Origin: Tubiluchus corallicola
Lineage: Eukaryota > Animalia > Priapulida
NCBI GenBank assembly: GCA_030141605.1
Contig: JAQGDQ010001203.1
Coordinates: 1-55,716 of the forward strand
Direction of reading: 5' to 3'
DNA length: 55,716 nucleotides
Below the pieces are notes generated by a model that did no database searches, was not told the origin of the DNA, and was given only the letters and a program-made list of their open reading frames with translations. The position numbers and the translations under genes are program-made. How positions within the stretch are numbered: position 1 is the stretch's first letter; each line of letters begins with the position of its first letter. Below are positions 1-10,473 of the stretch, in pieces.

Positions 1-145
1 TCCTACCAGTTTTGGAAAACAATAAAGAAAGAAACAAATTCTAAACTTCCTCTTCCCTCTAGTGTTAATAACGTAACAGGGGAAAACAACATTTGTAATA
101 TGTGGGCGGAGCACTATCGCGTTCTTTTTAATTCGGTTGATAATG
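1..145 (+). repeat. Inverted copy of LINE segment 1544..1688
   Basis: 1..145 is the reverse complement of 1544..1688; I see one mismatch (agtgtt vs agcgtt). Confidence 0.95.
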
Positions 146-1688
146 TAAATTTGGCATCGCTTACTAAAATTTTCTGGCACATTAAATTATCACTAGTATC
201 AAATCTTTTCATTAAACTTAAGACAGATTTTCTACGTAATACATCAAAATACATCACGTGAATTTCAACACTCATCTCACGAGCACTGTAATCATATGCA
301 TATCCAAAAAATAATCTTTTTGACACATTGTGCGCAATTTTAAGTTTTAAGATATTACCATTATTAAAATGTCTCCAAGTAGACATGCAATAGAATGTAT
401 TACAGTAAGCATTAAATAGATATCTTTTAACATCAACAGAACAATAGCTGAATTTTCTAATAAGTTGGTTTGTACGACAGTAGTATAAGGATCTTTGATT
501 AACAATGTCAAGGTCATCTCGGTTATCATTTGAAATAATATGTCCCAAATATTTTTCATTATCACAGGTACGTAAAACATTATTATCTAGTTTGATGTTA
601 CCAAACATAAAATTTCTCATAATGTTTGAATTAACAGACATAAGTTTAGTTTTAGCTACATTAATTTTTATGTCATACTGTTCAGCATACAATTTATACA
701 CGTCTAGTAGTTGCTGTAGGGCCGTAATCGTTGTTGCTAACAAACAAACATCGTCAGCGTACATCAGGTGGTTCATAACCATGTTCGACACATTGCAACC
801 AAGTTGGGTGGATGAAAGCTTAACACTTAGATCTTTAAAATAAAAATTAAAAAGAAATGGTGACATCTTGCCACCTTGGCGTACTCCATTTCCAATATTA
901 AAAGTTGTAGACTGACCCCACCTGACAGACATGCCTTGCTGCGTGTAATAAAATGTGAGCAAGCGGATTACAATATTCGGGATTGAAGTCTTTGTGAGTT
1001 TAAGAAAAAGCTTGAAGAAATTAACCCTATCAAATGCCTTTGATGCGTCGATAAAAACAATGTGAACAGAGCTATCACGACTAATGTAGTAGTCAATGAT
1101 CTCCTTTAATGTGTTTATGCAAATTTCAGTGCCAAGTTTTTCTACATAGCCAAACTGATTAGAAGTTGTTGGAATATACTGTTTGTATCTGTTAAGTAAT
1201 AAAATTTCGAATATTTTGCTGGCAATAGAAGCTAGTGCAATTGGCCTATAGTTATTTGCATCCGTAATATCTTTATTTTTATCCTTTACTAGAGGAATTA
1301 ATACAGACATCATTAGCGATTCAGGAAGAAAGCCGTGAATCAAACAGGAGCTAAACAACAAGGATAAAAGAACCGGTAACATTGAGGAAGAATACTTAAA
1401 ATGTTCGGCCTGTATACCATCAGGACCTGCAGATTTATGCAAAGTTAGTGTGCCGATTGCATCTTGCACCTCTCTAACAGTAAACTTGGGTATAATATGC
1501 ATATCTTCTGCAAGGGCCCGGTGCAGCTGCTCCTCCAAATTTCCATTATCAACCGAATTAAAAAGAACGCGATAGTGCTCCGCCCACATATTACAAATGT
1601 TGTTTTCCCCTGTTACGTTATTAACGCTAGAGGGAAGAGGAAGTTTAGAATTTGTTTCTTTCTTTATTGTTTTCCAAAACTGGTAGGA
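146..1688 (-). mobile_element. Non-LTR retrotransposon (LINE) ORF2 fragment: reverse transcriptase domain, 5'-truncated, no endonuclease visible
   Basis: Stop-free frame with RT motifs KSAGPDGI, NYRPIAL, FIDASKAFDRV, GVRQGG..SPFLFNFY, YADD, EKYLGHII and a C-terminal LFNAYCNTFY..W. The SLSLS N-terminus of the listed ORF is only the (GA)n microsatellite. Clade not assigned. Confidence 0.95.
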
Positions 1689-1760
1689 AGGAGAGAGGGA
1701 GAAGGAGAGAGGGAGAGAGAGAGAGACTGGGAGGGAGAAGGAGAGAGAGAGAGAGACTGG

Positions 1761-1817
<57 letters not shown>

Positions 1818-1887
1818 GGAGGGAGAGAGGGAGAAGGAGAGAGAGAGAAAGAGAGAGAGGGGAGAGAGAGAGAGAGAGAGAGAGAGA
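1689..1887. repeat. Interrupted (GA)n microsatellite
   Basis: Seen directly. Confidence 0.97.
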
Positions 1888-2459
1888 AACCTCGGCGGTT
1901 TTTCAATACTTGGCTTCAAGCGACACAAGCGCCCCCTTGCAGACGCTTTGAAGCGTCCTAACTGCTAATTCTCACAAAATCTCGGCTCACAGAAGCAAGA
2001 GGAAATAACTGAAGAAGTTAACGTGGCGTAATGAAAAGCAGGCGACTAACAAGCTTTCCTACTGCGTCCATTGCTCATTCTTTATCTTACCATGGCACCC
2101 TGCCTGCTCTCTTCCTGTTAACTGCATAATGGTTTCCAGTTCCTGGAAATTCAGGAGAGAAAAAATAGGGAAGTGGGAATTAAAATTATTATCAGTTTAT
2201 GCATGTATTAAAAGTATCGTAGCGACAACTGTGACATTCAAAAGCAGCTAATCTTTTTTACATACGGATTAACTCTTTAATAAGAACATTCTATGTGTTC
2301 AGGTAATGTGAAAATCATGCTATTTTTAAGAGTTACTGCTGCAATTTTTACTGCATGTCTTTATGGACTAATTATGGTAATGATGTGATAAATAGACTGC
2401 GTATTGCTTACAACAATGGTATGCATTTATTAAATGAAATAGATTATTAGAGCATTCTT

Positions 2460-2935
2460 TATTCTGAACTCGTGTTTACACAAATGGGTTGCACTGCCCA
2501 TTGCATCAACTAGCTAGGGTTGTTATATTTGATAAATTAAATGAAATACTTCTGCCTGAAAACCTTAATATAGCTGTCTTGGCAAATAATGATCTGTTGA
2601 AGTTGTTATTATTCGGAAAAGATGAATTTAACTATGTTGCTAACTGTAAAATATTCCAATGCATTCGTGACTTTATATTACGTACTAAACGCTTCCAGTA
2701 GTTTCTATCTGATATGAAATGCATCAGTCTTAAATAATCGTACATTAATATTTACTAACCGTCATTTTCTACTAATGTCTAATGTATCACTGTAGTAAAA
2801 CTTTAGTATACTAAAAACTAAGTATAGTCTATTCTTACTGTAAATGTTCTTGTAAATAGTGTATAAAGTCTGTTGTGGTGAGGATCCTAAATCATGTTGT
2901 ACAAACTGTCTGATCCAATCCTAAATAAATTATGT
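2460..2935 (+). mobile_element. 3' end of a CR1/L2-group LINE (ORF2 C-terminus plus 3' UTR)
   Basis: HCPLH...LLLFG...KIF..I.DFILRTKRF* resembles the typical C-terminus of invertebrate CR1/L2-group ORF2; AATAAA near 2924. Confidence 0.65.
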
Positions 2936-3297
2936 TTAAACTACAACAGTGGTATCAGAAAACCGTGTAGCTTAAATTACGATTTTTATTATATAGGTTG
3001 TAGATAAAAAAGTCTTCGCGATAAACTTGCTTTTATATATGGTATTTTTCTGCTACCTTGCCAAGTGTATAATTACTAGTAGGGTGAATGTAGAGTATTC
3101 GTTGGGGGCTTTACAAGTAATAAGTTTGTTAATAGTTACACGTGTTATGAGTTTGAATGGTTTTAGACTGCGCGTGTATTAATTTATGTAATGTAAGTTA
3201 AATAAACTGATTGAAATTCAAAATTAAAAAACGAAATTTATAGATTAAGATGTCGACTACTTACACGTGTGGTAATGATGTTATTTTGTGATGTCGT

Positions 3298-3312
3298 AGC
3301 GCCATCTAGTGG
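3298..3312 (-). promoter_or_regulatory. CTCF-like binding motif CCACTAGATGGCGCT
   Basis: Close match to the bilaterian CTCF core consensus; binding not shown. Confidence 0.4.
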
Positions 3313-3383
3313 GAAGTTAATCAATTACACATTATTGTTGTTTGTCAGCCTGGTTTAATAGAGCTGCATACTGACTGTCACGA

Positions 3384-3396
3384 AGTAAGTAAGTAC

Positions 3397-3490
<94 letters not shown>
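3384..3490. repeat. (TAAG)n microsatellite
   Basis: Seen directly. Confidence 0.97.
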
Positions 3491-3542
3491 TTATCACCAT
3501 TTTTAAAATAGTTCGGTAACTTCAGTTGTTTTACATGGACTT

Positions 3543-3768
3543 TACTTAATTATGCATTAGTCTGCACGCAGAGTGATTTACTAGTAGGATCTTGCTTGAG
3601 AACTAGAGAAAATGAACTAGGTAAGGTTCTAGCTAACTGTTAACACTTATTATTACAACAGCGTGGTTTGCGAGACCTTGTCAAGTGTACACAAATGCAT
3701 TGTCTGGTACATGTAACCTTTGACCTTTTCACGATCATCATCAATTGCTGGAACTGTGAAAAGGCTTA
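3543..3768 (+). mobile_element. Partial copy of the TIR element at 16878..17218
   Basis: Shares tacttaattatgcatt...aacctttgaccttttcacgatcatcatcaat...ggaactgtgaaaa with 16998..17215. Confidence 0.7.
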
Positions 3769-4110
3769 ACGTAGCCTTATTTCAATCATCAGTGTATATC
3801 TAAATACATGATTATACATAAACGCCATCTTGTCTAGTGCCAGTATAGACAGACAGATAATAATTTTCACCTGGGTAAGTTTAACAAAGAAAGTTTGGCT
3901 CGACCTAAGACACAAAAAGAGGCGGGTGATCCTACTGGCTACTATAGGCTGTAGCTTAGACCCCCTCCAGCTTGGTGGGGGTGGGGGTGGGGGTGGTGGT
4001 TGCTAAACGATTTTCAAATACACGTGTACCACATTTTTTTTTGAAAATGACTACGCCTGTAATATTTTGATATTTTTGCAATACCGAATCATTCATTTAA
4101 CTTTAAATGA

Positions 4111-4198
4111 ACCAGACGGTTTAGTCTAGTGGTAATGTGTGTGCTTTCCGTCTCGGAGGTCGTGAGTTCGAACCAGCAGCCGGGTCATACCAAAGACA
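4111..4198 (+). mobile_element. tRNA-derived SINE head
   Basis: A-box-like TAGTCTAGTGG and B-box GTTCGAACC with tRNA-like spacing; no intact cloverleaf. Confidence 0.65.
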
Positions 4199-4300
4199 TA
4201 ATATGGGCGTGGATTATACGCATGCGCATTACGTGCATGCATGTTTCTAGCTCCTGAAATAGACTAGCTAATACAATATCAGTTTTAGCAAAAGTCTTTC

Positions 4301-4688
4301 CTGGTGGCGGCTCGTGTATAAGTTTGCTTCACAGTTCAGCACAGGGTGCACTCCAGCAACGTGGTGTTTGGCTGTTGTGCGCATGCGGCCATGTACGCAC
4401 GTCTGAGTCCAGGTAGAGAATGTACTGTCGCTCACACAGTTTGTTGTCAGATGTCACGTGCTTACCGTGAATAGATCAAGCTTGAACTGCGACAATTTAG
4501 ACTATTAGTAAACAAAAAATATGTTTTGTTTAGGATTAATGTATAAACTTCTGTAGGTTTGTTTGTTTAAAATTACAAAGACAATATTAAAATCACACAT
4601 ATTTGTTACGTTTTACACAGTATTAAAACAATGGCTAAAAATTTTCTGAAGCAGAACCCCCAGTAATTTTAGCTACGAACCACCACTG
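4301..4688 (+). mobile_element. MITE family C (TIR approx. CAGTGGCGGCTCGT), internally deleted copy
   Basis: Ends ggtggcggctcgt / acgaaccaccactg; body homologous to 15717..16453 and 29358..29838. Confidence 0.75.
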
Positions 4689-4762
4689 TACACTGTATAG
4701 GTCCGGGGACACTGCTCGCCTAGCCTCCCCCCACCCTGACTTGCAGATATCTAACCTAACCT

Positions 4763-4871
4763 CAGGGCCGGCGTTAAACATAGGCAAACTAGGCAACCGC
4801 CTAGGGCCTCACCCTCCAGGGGGCCTCACACCGAGGTAACAATTTTTTTGCTTTATGCGAACATACTGCCT

Positions 4872-4918
<47 letters not shown>

Positions 4919-4999
4919 TTTAATTTTTATTTTTCTATTTCATTTGGGGCCACCAAATTCACCTCTCCTAGGGCCTCCAATTACCTAAGGCCGGCCCTG
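4763..4999 (+). mobile_element. MITE family A (hAT-like, TIR CAGGGCCGGC) with internal (CT)n
   Basis: cagggccggc...gccggccctg; homologous to 6754..7043 and 9649..10217. Confidence 0.85.
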
Positions 5000-5702
5000 A
5001 CAGCAAAGAACAGGGAGATAAATTCAGCAGAGTTCCAAATGTTCAAGCAGCTGTGTTAAAACTGTTCAAAGCACGTGTTCAATAGTGCATTCATTTATAT
5101 ACGCACTTTTAGTCTACGCGTTAAATACACATCATATATTCCAGAAAGAAAGCGTCTTCTAGAATACTGGGTGAATGTTTTTCTCTCTGGGTAAACCTGC
5201 ATTTAATTTCAAATTTAAAAATCTGTAAGGTGTTGTTTGCTCACACAGAACATAGACGACGTTTTGCCATTGTATTGTAAAATTTAATGTACAGGCATGT
5301 TTTAGTAAACGTCTTTTAATGAAAAACTTATAATACGAATGTAGCTGGAATTTTGATCCGAGATGAATTCAATCCATTCGTCAGTTACTGTGGTGGTTTG
5401 TGGAATGCCTTGTTCTTAGGAATACTCCCAAAAATTTCAGTGTGTCTTTTTCTGATAGCTTCTTCCACATCACGAGTATCAATTAGTTGTCTAACTGAAC
5501 AGGTCTAGAGATCGATTCCCGCGTCTGCCAAACTCGATTAATTACAACATTTATTTACCATATTTACGTGTTATTCTTGTACTTTTTATTTCATTGTATT
5601 TTATTTCTTTTTATTACTGTATGTGTATTTTATATGGTGTTAGTTACCGAAAAAATGTGAATTAAAATGAATTGACTTGTCCATTCCTTTAAGAAGCGTT
5701 AA

Positions 5703-6156
5703 CCCTTTTAGTCCCAAATTATTTTTTTAATAAGAAAAATTTTTTTGGCTTGGTACTTTTGTTCAGTATGTCCATGTTGTTTACACATAATTTTTTTTCT
5801 ACCTGTGCCTGCGTGCTAAATATAGCCTGTATCCCATGGGATACATTGGGATTCAATGGAAGCATAAAATGTGCTGCATTTTGCAATTGCTGATAATTTT
5901 TTAAAGTATTTAAGACATTTAGTATGCATGCCATGCTGATCTGTACAAAGTCGTCTCTAAAGTACTGTACCTTGCGCAGTTTTTTATGCTATGTAGATTT
6001 TCTAGTTTGCATTTTATCACCATTTTTAGTCTATTGTTATTGATTTAAATCAAAATAACTATTAACAGATCAAATAACTGTCAGTTTTAAAATTTTATTA
6101 ATTCTAAAGGTAGAAAATATTGTCGTATCCCACGGGATACAACGGGTATGAAAGGG
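5703..6156 (-). mobile_element. MITE family B, piggyBac-like non-autonomous element
   Basis: TTAA|CCCTTT...AAAGGG|TTAA; reverse-oriented near-identical copy of 7255..7713 and 14844..15301. Confidence 0.9.
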
Positions 6157-6328
6157 TTAATAACATTGTTTTGACAAACTTCGCAATGTATAATTTCGTA
6201 GTTAAGCATTTCATTTGCCATTTTACTAATTCGCAAGTCTTGGAGAAGTTTCGTCTTTCTCGACGGGTCATCAAATCGAGAAAAGTAAGAGAAAGGTGGT
6301 TTGCAGGATGGAGGATCAAACTACCCGC

Positions 6329-6674
6329 AACTGATTTCCTGGTGGTCAACCACTCATCCACTCACCAAGCACAAGATTGCTTAACTTGAGTCGCTAAGCA
6401 CACACTGTGACCACCGGCTGGATTTAATCTCCTGAAGGTTTCGAACTGATTTCCTGGTGGTCAACCACTCATTCACTCACCAAGCACATGATTGTTTAAC
6501 TTGAGTCGCTAAGCGCACACTGTGACCACTGGCTGGAGTGAACCTCCTGAAGGCTTCGAACTGATTTCCTGGTGGTGAACCACTCATTCACTCACCAAGC
6601 ACATGATTGTTTAACTTGAGTCGCTAAGCACACATTGTGACCACTGGCTGGAGTTAATCTCCTGAAGGCTTCGA
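6329..6674 (-). repeat. 3 x 115-bp tandem repeat containing a 5S rRNA-derived internal control region (SINE3-like)
   Basis: Units start at 6329, 6444 and 6559. The minus strand aagttaagca...tggtgagt..tg..tgg..gacc.cc.gg.aat aligns without gaps to the 5S box A to box C region. Confidence 0.65.
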
Positions 6675-6753
6675 TTCTCATAGGTTTATCTGCAGTAATT
6701 AGATAAATGCCATTGAAAGAAACTTTTTGCTATTGTCTTATTATCGAAAGGAG

Positions 6754-6788
6754 CAGGGCCGGCCTTAAGCATAGGCAACCGCCTAGGG

Positions 6789-6884
<96 letters not shown>

Positions 6885-7043
6885 GCTCTCCGTCTCCCTC
6901 TCCCTCTCCCTCTCCCTCGCCCCTCTCTCTCCTCGTAAATTGCGTAATTTTATTTTTTCCTATTTATTTTTTATTTTTCTATTTCATTTGGGGCCACCAA
7001 ATTCACTTCGCCTAGGGCCTCCAATTACCTAAGGCCGGCCCTG
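6754..7043 (+). mobile_element. MITE family A copy with (CT)n core
   Basis: TIRs cagggccggcctta / taaggccggccctg. Confidence 0.85.
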
Positions 7044-7254
7044 AAACGAGTCTTTACTTAACTCTGAGGCATACAATATAAACTGTAGAGGGGAGGATAA
7101 TGTGTCGGTAATATCTGCATGAAATGACGTACTCTTAGGAAGTCAGGTAAAGCAGAAGTAGAAAGTGTTTTGCTGCAGGAAGATACCTCCTTGTTAGCAT
7201 CAATGAACAACACGTTTTGATAGAAAAGTAACTCAAGTAATTCACTTCATTTAA

Positions 7255-7713
7255 CCCTTTCATACCCATTGTATCCCGTGGGATACGACAATATTTTCTA
7301 CCTTTAGAATTAATAAAATTTTAAAACTGACAGTTATTTGATCTGTTAATAGTTATTTTGATTTAAGCCAATAACAATAGACTAAAAATGGTGATAAAAT
7401 GGCAAACTAGAAAATCTACATTGCATAAAAAACTGTGCAAGGTACAATACTTTAGAGACGGCTTTGTACAGATCAGCATAGCATGCATACTAAATGTCTT
7501 AAATACTTTAAAAAATTATCAACAGTTGCAAAATGAAGCACATTTTATGCTTCCATTGAATCCCAATGTATCCCGTGGGATACAGGCTATATTTAGCACG
7601 CGGGCACAGGTAGAAAAAAACAGTTATTATGTGTAAACAAGATGGACATACTGAACAAAAGTACCAAGCCAAAAAATTTTTTCTTATTAAAAAATAATTT
7701 GGGACTGAAAGGG
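7255..7713 (+). mobile_element. MITE family B, piggyBac-like
   Basis: TTAA TSD on both sides, CCCTTT/AAAGGG termini, internal palindrome tgtatcccgtgggataca. Confidence 0.9.
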
Positions 7714-9200
7714 TTAACTAAAGTGTTGTACGCTTAAGAATTACACATACAATTTGTTATTATTACTTCTGCTAAAATTACTTCCAGAATTGGCACCCCC
7801 CCCCCCATGGCGCCTTACGCCCAGGCTGGTGGTAAGTCTGCAAAAGATTTCAATCTCTAATGTCAAGCGTACTTGATTAAGCTGTTGCTAATCAGTCCAT
7901 TTCTTCGTAGCTAAATTACAACTATTGGCTGAAACTACCAAGATATAACATTAACCTATCTCGTATAAGACATAAAAATATACAAAACTATTTATAGTAT
8001 CAAAAAGTACTTGAAAAGGACCATTTTTGATTCATATTTGTAATACAATTTTAATGCTTCCATGTCTCATGCAGTCGCAACATATGGCCTCCAATCAATT
8101 ATAATGATATTTTAATATACCTCCATGTAAATTAAACATACACTGTGCTCGTTTCTTCTCCTCTTTTCCTTCTTCCTATCCCCAATCTTGCTAATTTGCT
8201 CCATTCCATCATTTCTTCTGACCCTAACCATTCTTTCATTCACTCATCCTCCCCTCCCTTCCTTCTTCCTATCCCTAATCTTACTATTTTCCCATTCCTT
8301 CATGTCTACTAACCCTAACCATTCTTTCATTCACTCATTTGTGCCACCTTAACAAGCCAAGCTTTCAAGGTGTCATACAGCGATTCTTTTATTTGGTTAA
8401 TTTGACTTCATCAACGTTTTTTTTACCTATACTGTTTCTTTTTGTTTCAATAATATTGTATGTTGATGTATTGTATATGTATTGCTGGAGTGAAATAAAT
8501 TGATTGATTGATTGTAATACTTGACAGTTCATTGAATCTATAACATGATTCAGTCTGTACTGTTCTTTATGAGTTTATTACAATTCATCAGAGTATCAAG
8601 GCACGGATCGCATAATTGTATTACCCCTAACATTACATCAAAACACATACAAAATATTACAAGTTTTGCAACCACACATGCGGGTTAACATCGTTTAAAA
8701 ATGGCCATTTCACCTTTGCCTGGCTGAGACAACAATGTGATTGTACGAGACAACAATGTGATTGTGCCTTTAGCTTGATTCGTTTGGTTTAAACACAAAA
8801 TTGGTGTTTGACCAAAACAATAACTAACACATCAGTATAAATACATATAAATTCATTATATCATCATAATTATGCAAAACTCCATGCTAAAATTAGTACT
8901 AGTGCGCAATTTTAAAGCTCTGAGGTGTACCACAAGGAGGTACAGTAATTGGACAGAGTACAGTAAGTTGTCTGCCAAGGTTACCTTATAAGCTGTTACC
9001 ATATTATGTACACTAAAACATCTGTTTACTCCTATTAGATATCTAGCGTTTGGCCAATAAACAAATTACTACCAGCTAATGCCTGCATTCGGCAATGATC
9101 TAAGAAAATTTAGGAAAGAGAAATTGCTACTCTAGTAGGCTAAAATCATAATATAACTGAGAAACGTATTCATAAAACCTAATGCGTTCAAAAGGAATCT

Positions 9201-9640
9201 AGGGAAAAATATTTGGGTCATATTTTATCAGAAGACAATAGAGATGATTTAGATATATTACGACAATGTTTAACTTACTATGGTAGAGCAAATAAATTAC
9301 TCACTGTTCAGTTAACGTGAAGAGACAATTGTTTAATGCTTACTGCGCTACGTTTTATTGTATGTCCACTTGGAGACATTTTTATTCTTACAATCTTAGC
9401 AAACTCAAGGTTGCATATAATGCATCAACACGGAAGCTGTTTAACTTTTCATATGATACGAGCGCAAGATATATTTCTACTAGACTTAATATTATTTATT
9501 TTGATGTGATTCACAGAAAATGTGCATACAGTTTACACGTCAGGCTGAATAAGAGTGAAAATTTTAAATGCAAGAACATTTTAAACAGTGATGTAAACTT
9601 TTCTTCTGTAATTAGACGTCATTGGCAGTTTTGTGCATCT
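9201..9640 (+). mobile_element. Degenerate 3' fragment of a LINE related to the one at 146..1688
   Basis: EKYLGHIL..DNRDDLDI, then (after a deletion) KRQLFNAYCATFYCMSTWRHF, matching the C-terminus of the first RT fragment. Confidence 0.85.
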
Positions 9641-9648
9641 ATTAGGCC

Positions 9649-10217
<569 letters not shown>

Positions 10218-10473
10218 ATTAGGCTCACTTCTTTGAACTTGACGTTCAATTTTGTTATTTTAACTAGTTGTGTACATTATATACTGACATAGCAATAAAA
10301 ACACTATTGCTACTACTCAGCATTACCAATATGCGTCACATACGACATACTATATATGGGATCATCTACTCATAAACAAGTTTTCTCTAATGAAACCCGT
10401 AGGGCTGCATTCACTGCATACAGCCAAGAAAGATATTCAAATTTTTACATCACCGTTTGCCATGTGGGAAATT

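Noticed and set aside
4111-4198. Functional tRNA gene (also 31012 and 44984)
   Set aside because: A and B boxes are present, but the acceptor and anticodon stems do not pair
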